NCBI RefSeq assembly: GCF_009914755.1
Contig: NC_060940.1
Strand: one strand, 5' to 3'
From: the human T2T-CHM13v2.0 reference genome, Homo sapiens
Length of the DNA stretch: 64,000 nucleotides
Below the pieces are notes generated by a model. That model had not been told where the DNA came from, did not search any database, and saw nothing but the letters and a program-made list of their open reading frames with translations. Positions within the stretch are counted from its first letter, which is position 1. Each line of letters opens with the position of its first letter. This document shows positions 24,501-38,576 of this stretch, piece by piece. Made by a program: the position numbers and the translations under genes.

Positions 24501-25072
24501 TGTTACTGTGGAGGGTCTTGACTATTAGTTGACCAGGTTCTTGGCATTTTAAACAAAGAACTGGATAAAACACACAAAGCAATGAAAGAATGAAGCAACG
24601 AAAGCAGAAATTTACTGAAACGAAAGTACACTCCACGGAGTAGGAACAGGCTTGAGCAAGCGGCTCAAGAGCCCTGGTTACAGAATTCTCTGGGGTTTAA
24701 ATGCTCTCTAGAGGTTTCCCATTGATTACCTGGTTTACACTCTGGGTACCTGAAGGAATGACCCTTGACCCGTCTGCTTGGTTGCACAAGGTGACCAATC
24801 AGAGGCTGAAGTGAAATTACAAAGTTATACCTCTATGCAAATGAAGACTAGGCCTACAACCAGTCTGACTGTTTGCCAGAGGGGACTAATCAGAGGCATT
24901 TTCCATTTTTACCTGCTATGCACAAAGGTGGGTGGGGTTGCAAAGGGAACAGCCTCTGATCCTTTTGTTATTTGGGCATGGAAAGTTGGACTTCTCCTTC
25001 TGATTTAGTTCTAGGAAGTCAGTGTGAATTGGCCTTAGGTTCCCTATCTCCAGACTCCATTCTCCTGCCTCA
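24501..25072 (-). mobile_element. MER51-family ERV1 solo LTR
   Basis: Reverse complement starts 'tgaggcaggagaatggagtctggagatagggaacctaaggcc'; CCAAT-type motifs 'ccaatcagagg'. Confidence 0.88.
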
Positions 25073-25829
25073 TTATGAAGAAACATTTGTCTCCTCTTCA
25101 TAGTGATGGTGATGATTCAGAACCTTAACATTTTTAACCTTCCAGTTACCGTTTTCCTAATCTAAGTCTGAAATGTTGGGATGTTTTTCACCTTTTCTTC
25201 TAATCAACATATTTTTAAAAACTAAATGGTCAAGATTTATATAAAAACAAAAGAAGTTAAATGAATTTCAAATAACCATTTGATTGCTGGGCCATGATTT
25301 TTGGACCAGGTTCTACTCAGATATTGAACCATATGAGCACAGATTAAACAAACTCACAGATACTGCTGGCTTTGGGTCTTCCCTTATTCTTTCTCTTTTA
25401 ACCATGACCATCACATCCTTCCTCTCCAAGATTCTAAAAATCTTACTCTTTTCAAGGTTCTGTTTAATAACCTATAATTCTCTCAAAGCCTAGATTATCA
25501 AATACAAATGTTAATTACCCATCTCCTTTCCTGAAATCCAAAATTAACTTTTCACAAGAAATAATGATACATTTTAGTTATGTGGCTCTATATTATTTTG
25601 AAATTGTTTTCAGCATGAATTTTATCCACAAAGCCTAAAACATTAACTCTTTCTGAAGGTAGGCTTACTCTATTACATCTTTTATAAACTTTCCACATAA
25701 TACAGCAGGGATGACAATGCCATCTTCTCATGCCACCCCCAATCCTTTTTATGTCCACATATTAAGCTTTCTTTCTCTCCCACATTATGCAGTAAGAGAT
25801 TTCATTTTAAGTGTCGTATACTCCAGAGT

Positions 25830-28090
25830 AATTCTTTCAGGAAATTTTGAGACATGCAGACAAAAAATAAGTAACAGTATAATTTGGTTAACATGATTTT
25901 AAAGACTGAAATTTCACACCTTATCAACAGAAAATGCACATTTATTAAACTCATCTTTTAAAAAATATGGCCATGTATTAGATTACAACAGAATTCTCAA
26001 TTTTAAAAAACTGGAATTATACACACTGTACTATTAGATCATACTGCAGTAAAATTTGAAATCAATCATAACATAACTCTAAAATCTCAGGTGTTCTGAG
26101 AAATAAAAGAATACTTTTTATCTGTCAATACATTTGAAATTTAGGTAAAATGCATAATAATGTTGATTTAAAAATTAACACTCAAAATTGACCTAAGAAG
26201 TGGAAAATTTGACTAGATCACAAAATAATCAAGTAGTAATAAATGTTCTTTCCCAAAACTCACTTTGCTGCTGTAGTTCTACATGTTTTAACAAACTTTC
26301 AAAACCCACATAATAATATAAAATACCTCCTGAGAATTTTTTAATGATGAAGACTCCACTACATTCAGCAATTTGCCCATTTATGTTTGGGCCTAGGGGA
26401 AAAAGAGTTGAAGATAACATTTCGAAGCTCTACTTGCTTAAAAAAAAGAAAAACAGGTCATTTATTCACTTTTAGAAGTAATGTATACCAAATGAAGTAC
26501 AGTCATCTAAGAGACTCAATTAACATGCAAGTTTTATAAAAAGATTATATTGTACTGAAGACAATATCATACCATGGAAGTTCGGGTGTCTGTTCCTACT
26601 GAAAAACCAAGACACTACAACTTATAGAAGAGTTCCTGCTGAACACTACCCGCAAAAATAAACAGGAAGATGTAATTTTAAAAATCACAGTCCGAAAATT
26701 AATTTGAAAATATTGAGAACTAAACTAACATTGTATAAAATGTTTATGAAGTACATCCTGAAACTTTCTTAAAGGACATAAAAGATACCTTAATAAATGC
26801 AAAAATATTCCATTAGGAATATTCCAGTGGTTTTCCAGTGAGGAAAACTGCACACTATTAAGATAACATGTCGGTTAATGTGGAGACTCTGGTTAATGGA
26901 AAATTGGATGCAATCCCAGATGAAATCCTATTGCATTTCTTGAGAACTTGACAAAGTGCTGGTATATTTTACATCAAAAAATGATTGTCTCAGTAGTAGT
27001 CTGAAAGTAGCTTAAGAATAGTGAAATCAAACCAGGGAAACTCACAATGTCACAGTAATTAAAACAGTGTGAATTTGGCACCGAAACAAAAACAACAGAT
27101 CAATGGAACTGAGTAAGGAGCTTAGATTATGATAATTAAGTATTTTTAAAAATCAGGCAGAGAAATACATCATTTTGGGAAAAATTAAATCCCCCTTCAC
27201 ACAATATGTAAGGATATATTTCAGATAGGTTAAACCTGTTAGTGTGAAAAGTTAAACTCTGCAAGATTAGAAGAAACTATAGAATAAAAATTAATGACAT
27301 TGCAGTAAGAACAGATTCCTTAAATGTAAAGAAGAAAACATGAGTATTAAAGAAAAGACTGTTAGATTTAGCTATGTTAAAATTAGCAACGTGTTGTGAA
27401 TGCCACAGACATAAAGTAGCAGCCTTGAGAAGATATGCAAAACATATATTTCATAAAGGATTAGACTACCAAAAATATCCTAAAAATCAGCAATAATAAA
27501 AAACTGCAATATAGAGGGATGGGAGGAGAAAGTTAATTCCCATCTCATAGGAAAAAAAAACCGGCAAAAAAGCATAAAAAGATGATAATCCATCAGTAAT
27601 AATTAATGAAATAAAAATTGTAAAATACCACTATTCCTGCAATATATTGTTAAATAACAATTAATGTTCCTGAGTCTTTAGGAAATAAAAGTTCCTAACA
27701 CATTGTTCTCTGCAAGGTAAATTGGTACAGGCACTCTGCAAAGCACTGCAGCAGCGTTTGACAAAACTGAAAATACATGTAAGTATCCAATTGTGTGCAT
27801 TTCATTTTTGTTACAAATAGCTAGAACTTGGAATCAAACTAAATGGACAACAAAGTGAAATGGGGAAATGAAATCTGCCAAATTTATGAAGCAAAATACC
27901 ATAGAGCAGTAAAAGCAATGAAATAAATATGTATGCATTAATATAGACACATAATCTTGAGTAAAACAAGCAAATTTCAGCATATTTAAACTATAATATA
28001 ATTTATGCACATTTCTAAAGCAACATAACATAATATATACATATTAGGAGGATATTAAAACCGTGAATTGGAGGCATTAGGGCAGGGAGA
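25830..28090 (+). mobile_element. Ancient L1ME-like ORF2/3' remnant, sense
   Basis: A-rich degenerate ORF2 text: 'ttagatcatactgcagtaaaatttgaaatcaat', 'cacagtaattaaaacagtgtgaatttggcac...cagatcaatggaac'. Confidence 0.75.
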
Positions 28091-28405
28091 AAAAATGGAG
28101 TTGGCAATAAGAATAAAAATGTCACAAAGTGGGATTTAAAAATAAAAGATTTAGACCAAAACATTTCATCTAATTGAGGAGCAAAGTGAACGGAATCAAT
28201 TGTACATAATGATATCCTGCACAAAGACAATAAAATCATTTCAAAAACAAACCGAAAGAAATGGCTGAACAGGAAATGTTAAGTATAGGAGAATGCAGAA
28301 AGGAAACCTATTGTCTAGAATGAGAGAAAGGCATCAAGACATAAAGGCAAGTAGGCATAAATAAACCGAGTCCCTAAATTTGGAAGAAAAAATTAAAAAT
28401 ACTAA

Positions 28406-28820
28406 TGTAATCACCTGATGGGTTCCTCTTGCTTGCTGCACAGACAAAACCAATTCACTGGTACAGCAAAATTGCAATAGGAAAAAAGTTTAATTGACAC
28501 AGGACTAGCCAAGCAGTAGTTCATTACTCAAATCAGTGTCCCCAAAATCTAGGAAGCTAGGGTTTTTATGGATACCTTGGTGGGCAGGGGGCTAGGGAAT
28601 GGGTGATGCTGATTGATTGGGTATGAAATCATAGAGTTTTAGAAAATGGTTCTTGTGCACTTAGCCATTTTGCTTTAAGGTTAAATTATAAATAAATTAC
28701 CCACTATGTTAGCTTGACCTACACCTAAGAATGAACAAGGACAGCTTGGAGGTTAGAAGCAAGATGGAGCCAGCTATGTCAGATTTCTCTTACTGTCATA
28801 ATTTTGCAAAGGCATTTTCA
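28406..28820 (-). mobile_element. LTR8-family ERV1 solo LTR, internally deleted
   Basis: Reverse complement starts 'tgaaaatgcctttgcaaaattatgacag...ctccatcttgcttctaacctccaagctgtccttgttcatt'; perfect CTAA TSD at 28402-28405 and 28821-28824. Confidence 0.88.
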
Positions 28821-28889
28821 CTAATATGACTATTCAACTGCTGGGTATAGAGAAGACTGATATGTAATTGAACTAAATCATTCTCTACT

Positions 28890-29372
28890 TGAGTTAATTT
28901 TCTGTTACTGCTGTAACAACCAAAAACTTAATGACTAAAACCACAAAAATTTCTTTCCTAGAGGAAATAGCTTAAGCATTTAAAACAAAAAACATAAACT
29001 TATTATCTTACAGTTCTGCAGATGAGAATTTCAAAATGATTTTCAGTAGGTTAAAATCAAGGCATAGGCAGGGCTGGATTCCTTTCTGGAGGCTGCAAGG
29101 AGGAATCCATTTCCTCCCCGTTCCCGAAATCTAGAGACCACATTCTGTGGCTCATGGTCCTCCCTTTTTCATCTTCAAAGACAATGGCATTGTATCTTTC
29201 TGACCATATACCTCTCTCCTCTTCTGCTTCTTACAGTGTTACCATCATCGGATTAGCAACCTTAATTCCATTTGCAACCTAATTCTCCTTTTGCCATGTA
29301 AGGTAACACATTCACAGGTTCTGGGGATTTGCATATGGACATCTTCGGAGAGCCACTATTTTGCTCACTGCA
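28890..29372 (-). mobile_element. MLT1D-like MaLR LTR
   Basis: 'ctgctgtaacaa', 'ttattatcttacagttctg', 'aaggtaacacattcacaggttctggggatt'. Confidence 0.85.
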
Positions 29373-29679
29373 CTACTCATGAAGAAGATTAATAGATTTG
29401 ATATGAATTTGATAAAGCAAGAAACCCTGGAAATCATATTATTTAATTACCTGTAGGCAACCACCAGAACTAAAATGAAACAGAAGGAATAAAATTTGAA
29501 GTTATATTCCTCTGCAGAGCAGGACTATAAATAGAAAAAGGTAGGGCAAGGCATTCTTGCTTTTCATTAATACTCCTCTGCTCTATTTTTCATATTTTAA
29601 CATCCATATATTATACTACATTTTATTTTAATCCAAATATGCTTCTTTGATCCCCAAGACCCTTCTCTCCAAGCTCATT

Positions 29680-30115
29680 TTAGCCACTCCTTTCATTGCT
29701 ACCAAACGTGTCACCCTCATTTTAGTTCCTCAGAGAGACTGGTGTTTCTGCCTCCCATCATTTCCACTTGCTCTCTTCTCTGCCAGGAAAACTTGTCCCC
29801 ACTGTCTAGATCGATAGCTTCTTCCCCTTATTTTGGTGTAAATTTACGCACTGCCTCCTCTTGGAGGCTTGCCCTGTCTAAACTATCTCGTCAGTTGCTC
29901 TCATTACTTTCTGTCATATGCCTTATTTGCGTCTGTCTTAACGTTTATTATTATATGAAGTTCTTTTATTTAACTTCGTGTTATTTTCTCAGTCTCCATA
30001 AGGATTCGAAATCCTTGACAATGGGTTCTACGTGCCTTGTTCTCTCACTGCAAGCACAGGGCCTACAACAGTGATAAACGCAAAGCAAGTTTTCAAAACC
30101 TGTTTGAAGAATGAA
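29680..30115 (+). mobile_element. L2 3' region
   Basis: Degenerate L2 ending 'gtttgaagaatgaa'. Confidence 0.6.
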
Positions 30116-30151
30116 GAAAATAGATGCTTGAATTATACATGTCATGGTCAC

Positions 30152-30208
30152 ATTGTACTTGAATACCTCCTGTGATGGGGAGCTTACCACCTCAAAGGAC
30201 TGTTCATT
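30152..30208 (-). mobile_element. L3/CR1 relic
   Basis: 'cttgaatacctcctgtgatggggagcttaccacctc' resembles the L3 motif. Confidence 0.55.
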
Positions 30209-31719
30209 CTTTTTTTTTTTTTGATATCTGTGTCTTCAAGAGCAGATAACAGGAAGTGCTAAATATTCATCTTTCCTTTTGCATTTCATATCATTTTTCT
30301 ACAACTTTTCAGATAAAATATTGATATTGTTGATAATTAGCTGTAGCTTTCATCTTCATGAGTTACAAACCAATGAGGAAACGAAAAGAAAATAATCTTA
30401 AAAGGTTTTAGAGAACTATATATATTTATCCTATCTCCCCCACCCATTCCCACTTTGTCCAGCACATATTGCAAATCTAAGAATCATCTTGTTTCGCCTT
30501 GGGTTCATTAATGTTCGTTAATATTTTCCCACAGGAATATATTGAAAACCAAAATTGTCACATTTAAAATTTTCTTCCTATTTTGAATTTGGCTAATAAA
30601 ACCCATGTTCTATGAAACACCTATTGTATGAACTTAAAAAAAAAGCAGTTTTACTTTTATAACAAGCAGATTTCTGTAAACCACATTGCTCATTTTAAAA
30701 TGATTAATGAAATGAAACCATAAATGTCCTACTATATACTTGTTGTTTCTGTGCAGGTGGGCAACATTGTTTAGGTATATTTTTAAAGTAAGGGTTATAC
30801 TCTACTATTCTATACCCTGTGTCCAAATACATCAAAGAAATTGAGTCATGTTACAATCAAGAAACTAATAAAAATAAAAGATGCAGTCATAGGTGCTGAG
30901 GGTGACTTTGTAGAAGTTATTTTTTGAACACAGATAGTGTGAAACCCCAAGTCCAGTAAACCCCTATTGGAAGGCAGTATTGTCCCAAATGAAGCAAGAG
31001 GAGCAAGTGGCTCAGTATTTCACATGGAAGCATCCAAGACGCTAAATGTGGAGGATAATGAAGAAGCAATAGATGCAGCAACGCTGATCCAGCCTCCCTA
31101 TCCATCTTACACAGTCTGAGTTATTTTTTAAGTCATTGTCCACTAGACACCAGGACAATTCTTAACACATAAAACTGGGACACAGAGACCTAGCATCTGA
31201 AGGAAAATCACTTTGATCATTGACCAAAGTGGTCAAAATCACTTTGTCCAGCACAGCAGGAAATGAAGCAGAGGCTGGGCTGATTAATTTAACCCACAGT
31301 GCAGTCAATACAGTTAAAGATACTTGATTAGTGGTTTTACTTTTAATGTACTTTTAATGTACTATTAGATATTTGTAGACATTTTAATGTTGCTTAAAGT
31401 TCAGTAAGTTCTTCCTATCTATACACATAGCTTACTGTTTGTCCCTACCCTACTCTGGGGTGGCATCTTCTCCCCTTTTCCAGAAGATGCATTTTCCTGG
31501 CATTTAACAAATTTAGCTTGAGCAGACTGGAGCAATAACTGGAAACAAGCCTGATGAACTTCTTTTCATTGTGCTGATGAAATACGATAATGCTACAAGT
31601 TAAGAAAGAACTCTATATGATAATGGATATGGCCAACTATGATGAGAAAGGATCCAAGATTCTCAAGGCTAAAGAAAGAAAAGCGAAAAAGAAAAAAAAT
31701 AGGGCTCATACAACCACTA

Positions 31720-31935
31720 TAACCACCACATTTCTTGAAGGGTATTGGTGCTAAGTGGCTTACATACATTATTTCCTCATCACTTCAGCTCCAGACGAAG
31801 ATACTATTAGGAAGAACATTTGGCAAAGCAGCAGCCAAGGCTCAGAGGTTAGCTGCTCTGCCTAATATCATCCAGCTTAAAAGAACTGAGATTCTGATCC
31901 GGGAGATCTGTCCACGAAACTTATCACTTTAGGCA
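31720..31935 (-). mobile_element. MIR fragment
   Basis: 'tgctaagtggcttacatacattatttcct', 'ccaaggctcagaggttag'. Confidence 0.65.
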
Positions 31936-32151
31936 CTAAGCTTGAACATTCCATGACCTGCTTCTATAGTTTTCCATCATGATACATGCAAGCATGATTC
32001 AGTGAATTGAGTAAGGGTTCAACTGTGTCACTGTCTGCATGGTCTTCGCTGGGTCATTTAACAGAAAGGCATAATAAGGATTGTTCTCTATTTCCACAAG
32101 AAGAGAGGAAATAAATAAGGTGCATATGGAAAGAAGTTAGGCTAGATATAG

Positions 32152-32500
<349 letters not shown>

Positions 32501-32569
32501 TAAACTCACCTTTAAACAATCACCTACTTCTCAGGAAGATATCACCGTGCGTTGATGTATAGAAATACT

Positions 32570-32730
32570 TGTGAAGTGCAGTTGTTACATTTATTCCTTA
32601 CTTGTCTCCATCCAATAGAATGTAACTGCTATGACAGCAGTGCTTTTCATCTGTCCTATTTACTGGCATTTTCCAAATGCCCAGCAGAGTGCCAAATAAG
32701 TAGTAGATACTCGGTAAATATCCCTGGAGT
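32570..32730 (+). mobile_element. L2 3' end
   Basis: 'tagaatgtaactgctatgacagcag...tagtagatactcggtaaatat'. Confidence 0.65.
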
Positions 32731-34840
32731 GAAGGAAGGGGGAGAGGAGAGAAGAAAGGGAAGAGGAATAATTTTAGGAATCAGAAACAATTCTGACAAG
32801 TCATTTTAATATCATCATGAAGGGAAATAGGTTGGGAATAAATTTGTACCATTTGATTAATCTCCCTAACTTCAAGTCTATGTTAAGTAAAATAATAGAT
32901 TCTAAGGAAAGCTGGGGAAAAAACCCTTTCTATCAGGTTGGATGATCAATTTTAGGATACGAATCAGGTAGGTTCTATCCTCAGGACAGGATATAACCAA
33001 CTTCCTTTCAGGTTCAAGACATCATTTTATGCATCATCCTTTTTTAAAAAAAACAAAAAGTCTATAGAAATACTAATACCAGTTTCTAACTGCTATTGAA
33101 ATGCGTAAGGTAAAACCATGAAAAGCAGGTGTTTTTGCTGAAGAACTCTTGTGCTTTTCTCTTCCTAAACTTGTACAGAACTCCATAGTACAAATTAACT
33201 GGTATTCTCCCAAAAAGAGAAAATATTTTTCAACTATTTTGTTTTGGGATGGTTGATGACAAATGGGGCCGTTTTGCCAAATTTCTACCTGCTTCTGTGT
33301 TTCTCTTTGGTGCGTAAAAAGTCGATTTACCTCTCAAGCAAAATCTTTTTAGGGTTTTATCTTTTATGTGATCACTAAAACACTGAAATCAGTTCTGCAT
33401 TTCTGATTACAGTTAAGGACCTTTCATGGATGTCATTCGTTATAAATGTGGACAATATCAAAAGAAGCCAATTTTAATAAAAGTCTCTCTGCAAAAAGAT
33501 ATTAGAAGCTTCTTCCTTCTGTTGTGATAAATACCTCCAGGTGGTATTTGATGGACAATAAGAATTCTGTGCAGCTGGCATTCATCGCAGAGTTGGGAAT
33601 TAGAATTTCAGATCATGCTGGCAAGCCTAAGTAATTCTTTAATTCTTCAAATGCAATGCAATTTGCTCAATCTTACACAGCATTCTGATTTTAATTAAAA
33701 TATACTATATGATATAGAAATGTTACATCAACTTGCAAATCCCTACTTGATGGAAGTTGGAAGAGGCATGAAAAACCACTATTTAATTTTTATATGTGTT
33801 AGACTTTGTCAAAAGAATAAAACATTACCAGAGGGGCCATAACAGTTCATACAGAGGTTATAGGAACTGAGCATTTCAAAAGGATGTTATAGTGCTACAA
33901 AGCAGATGTGAATGATCTTTATTTTCATAGAAAAGCTTTAAAAGTAAATACAGAGATCTGCTTCATGCGTGACTAGGTTTCCCCCAAGTATTCTTCTAGT
34001 CAAATGCTGTAAATGACATTTTCAGGAATAGCCACCTGGGGAGAATAATGTCAAGGTTAAGAGCAGATGTGTACACATTGTTTTAAATTGATAATTGATG
34101 CTTACTTGGAATATATTTTTTAAAAAGCGGAGGTGATATGAGAAGTAAACCACTAGCCTTTGAGATATTGCCCATGTATCATTAAATATTTCATTTAATT
34201 GGAGAGAGGAATTATGGATAACAACAGGTGCTCTCTCTAGACCCTACTGCCTCTTTGGAATAGAAAATGGGACTGCGAATCTGTTGTCAGTATCTGGACT
34301 ACAGAAATCTCAGAGCTCCGGAAAAGCAAATACAGTGTTGCTTAGTAATGCTAGATAAATCTCGGTATTGAATTTTTAAGTGCTCCAAAAGCAATTTTTA
34401 TTCAGGCTTAGAATAGAGAATGGCATTGTGGGCTTCTTACGCAGAAAAGGTGCATATTTTGAACTCTCAAACAAGTATAAGATATTCTTCTCGGTTGAGT
34501 CTATAAAAATGTATTAAAGACACTCACATCTCTATTAGAAGCATATTACCAAGTGACAGGAGCATCCCCAAACTGGAGTTTTCATAGGCTTTGTACCTTT
34601 CTGAATTCATGAATGAATTACATCCTGTATAACCAGCCAGACTATATGAATCTTTAAGACAACTACCTCTAGAATCGGAGCCAGTGTTGGTGACAACAAG
34701 TTTCTTTTAGTTTTATCATTTAACTGTGAAAAATGTGGGGGCTTTGCTTATAAATTTTACTTCAATAAAGTAATTCTGTCAACCCTATATTCTAAATACC
34801 CCAGAATCCAAGTCACACTAAGGCTACATTTGAGAGTAAT

Positions 34841-35255
34841 TGCAATAGATAGTATTATTGTTCCCAGTTAGTTACTCTCCTACACACCTAATCATTGTCA
34901 TGTGACATACAATATCTCTTAATTGGAGTAATATACTTCTTTGTCCCATAGATGACAAGCTTGGTCTTGTGACCCATATTAGCAATGAAACATAACGGAA
35001 GTTGTGTACTCTACGTCAAATTGGAAGCCATGAGATCTGTTGCTCCTTGGTCCTTTGCCATTTTTCCTATGCCATGAGTACAACATGTTCCAAATAATAG
35101 TAGCTCCTTTAAACTGAATCCTGGCACAACAGAGCAAAAGCATACCTAAGTGTTAGCCACCGCAGTGAAAATGCAACATGAATGAGAAACATAAAATTTT
35201 ATTCTAAATTGTAAATATTGTCAGTCCAAAACTTTAGCAAAACCTGGCTAATATA
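34841..35255 (+). mobile_element. Old MaLR LTR (MLT1I/J-like)
   Basis: 'gcttggtcttgtgacc', 'gcaacatgaatgagaaacataaa', end 'gcaaaacctggctaatata'. Confidence 0.65.
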
Positions 35256-35704
35256 CTATTTTAAAAATTTTTATTAATTGAAAGTGATCGTGTTGCCAAT
35301 ATATTCCCACATTTACTAAATGCATGCACAGATGTCATGTTATTGTCAAAACTTGTATAATTTAGAATTTGTAAAATCTGATAGCAAACTCAGAAACATT
35401 CAGTATGTGGCCTTAGGTTTTTACATAAAAGATAACATTGTGATGAGGTTTTGGAAGCCAGCATGCTTAATTATTTAGCCAAAATGAAATTTTCTGAAGA
35501 CACCCTAGACTTTCCCGCTTTGAGAGTGTTTTGACATTCAGAAGGTCCCTATCTCCATACAACTCTTCATTTCCACCTGTCATGGTTTCCATGCCATGGA
35601 TTTGAGTTCAAATATCACATTCAGCTTCAAATCTCTGATCCTTCCAGGGGAGCTAATTTTACCATCTCTTCTGCTTCATGCTAGTTGCCTTCTTGCTTCA
35701 GAGG

Positions 35705-35827
35705 ACACTAGAATGTAAGCTCCATGAAGTCAGCGACATCAGCTGTTTTGTTCATTCCTCTTTCCACAGTGCCTAGAACAATGCATGGCCAAGAGCAGTT
35801 TTGCAGTACATGTTATAGATGAATGAA
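35705..35827 (+). mobile_element. L2 3' end
   Basis: 'ctagaatgtaagctccatgaag...cagtgcctagaaca...gatgaatgaa'. Confidence 0.8.
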
Positions 35828-36519
35828 GTGTAGCACTTTTTACAATCCACTTTGCATTTCTATCGCCATAAATACTAAGAAAATGTCTATATCTTGGTCA
35901 ACCTTTTATCCTCACAGAGCCTCACACAGTGATTTGAACATACATAAAAAATGTTGATTAACAATTGTCCTACCAATTAAATTGTCTGTTTACCAATTGG
36001 CCTATTAGATGTATGGGAACAATATTAAAAGATCACAGACCATTTCTAATACCATTTTTGTAAATACATCTAGTGAATTCAAGAAATGAATGCTTCCTGA
36101 CTCTAAATTTTTCTAGCTCTGTGATGATAGTCATTCAAAGCACTGTAAATTCTAGATGTTTGGCTGCATTTATACTGAAACACCATATTCCTTTGGCTGT
36201 TCTTCAGTATGTCTCACTCTTTGTGTTGGACTTGTCTGCCTCAACTCACAAGGAAAAGTTCCATAATATTGCACTGGCATAATTGGCTACTATATCTGAG
36301 CCAGCTAAAATTTCAGCAGACGACGAAAAGAAGATGTATTTGCCCAGTCCTGGTGTCTGTGAGTGATTTTCTCCTGTGTGTATGACAGCTGAAGACTCAT
36401 AGGCCCTAATCCTAGCAAACATTATCACAACCTACACATGGGGCTATGAACGGCCTACACTTCAGTTTGGCCCCCATTAATTTACTTCATTTATTTGACA
36501 GGTAGTCACTGTGTATGCA

Positions 36520-36920
36520 CTATGGAAGTTTTTTGACATACAGTCAAAAAAAAAGGACACATTGGATTATATTAACAAATTTAAAAACCTAAAGGTTTCT
36601 TCTTTATAAGACACTTTTCAGAATATAAAAGGACAAGACATAGAATGGGAGAAAATGTTTGCAATGTATCTATCTGACAAAGCAACTGTGTCCAGACCAT
36701 ATAGATGACTTTTACAACTGAATAAGACAAAATATAAATTAAAATTGTCACAAAGTTGAATAGGCACTTTACCAGAGGAGATGTAGCGATGGCCAATAAG
36801 CACACAAAAAGAAAATCAACTTCACTAGTAATCAGGGAAATTAAAACCATGAGATACCACTATCTGCTTAAAAGAATGGCTGAAGTTCAAAAGTTGTCAA
36901 GTGTTGGCAAGAATGTGGGT
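36520..36920 (+). mobile_element. L1M ORF2 fragment, sense
   Basis: ORF 36756-36986 'NRHFTRGDVAMANKHTKRKSTSLVIREIKTMRYH' is degenerate L1 ORF2p. Confidence 0.85.
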
Positions 36921-37047
36921 AGGGGGGTGGGAAATGTGGTTAGAAGAACAGTGATTAGTCCCATAAGAAAAGATCAGAAAATGTAACACATGGGGAAGTA
37001 AATGCAGAAAATATGCACTCAATATAACAACTTAGTTGACCTTTCTT

Positions 37048-37333
37048 GGCGGGATATGGTGGCTCACACCTGTAATCCCAGCACTTTGGGAGGCCCAGGC
37101 AGGCAGATCACTCAAGGTCAGGAGTTCGTGACCACCCTGGCCAACATGGTGAAACCCCATCTCTACTACTAATACAAAAATACAAAAATTAGTTGGGCGT
37201 GGTGGCCTGTGCCTGTAATCACAGCTACTTGGGAGGCTGAGACACAAGAATTGCTTGAACCAGGAAGGCAGAAGTTGCAGTGAGCCAAGATGCGCCACTG
37301 CACTCCAATCTGGGTAACAGAGTGAAACTGTGT

Positions 37334-37362
<29 letters not shown>
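37048..37362 (+). mobile_element. AluSx-like
   Basis: Full Alu with long poly(A). Confidence 0.94.
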
Positions 37363-37724
<362 letters not shown>

Positions 37725-38029
37725 TTACCCTACGCTGGGTCCTGACCACCTCTGTTTTCTGAAAATCCAGTAAAAGCTGCACTCTTTTCACTAAAAAGTA
37801 CACAAATCCACAAAATGTTCTTCTAGCCTTCTTTACTTTGCTCAAATTATACCACTTACATTTGGAATTTTCACAAAATGTTTGTAGTCTGCATTTTAAA
37901 AAGCATTTCTAAAATAAACCTCCCTCAAAAAATAATACATTTTATGATACTGTGAGGAAGCATACCATGAGTAATGTTCAGAGATTTATTTGAATCTAAC
38001 TAGGTAAGGAAGTATATTTAAAATAACGT

Positions 38030-38570
38030 GCTGAAGAAATTCCACTCATAGGTCTTTATCCAAGAAAAATGAAAACATAAAATGCTTATACAACAATGTT
38101 TATATCATCTTTATACTTACAAGCCAAAAAACTAGAAACAAATGTCTGTCAAAATGTGAAATGATAAACAAACGTTGCATAACCATAGAATAGAATACCG
38201 ATCAGCAAAAAAAGGGAACTACTCATATATGCGATGGATGAATCTCAAACTATACGCTGCCTGCAAGAAGCTGGACACCAAATAGCACATACTGTATGGT
38301 TCCACTTACATGAAATTCTAGAACAGGCAACATTAACTATAGTAACAGAAAGTAGGTCAATGATTGTCTGGGGCTGGAAGTTGTAAAGGTATAAAAGGGA
38401 ACTTTTTTGGGTGATGGAAATATTCTGTATCTTGCTTATAGTGCTGGCTATACAGATATATCATTTTAGAAGCTCATAGGATTGTATACTTTTTGGCTAG
38501 TTTCTTTTGCTTAAATTCGGTTTTAATGGATTTGATTTAAAAGCTAAAATAAAATCTTGTAAGTAAATAC
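38030..38570 (+). mobile_element. L1MC/ME 3' fragment
   Basis: 'atggatgaatctcaaa', 'catactgtatggttccacttacatgaaattctagaacaggcaa', 'gggtgatggaaatattctgtatcttg'. Confidence 0.82.
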
Positions 38571-38576
38571 ATCTGT

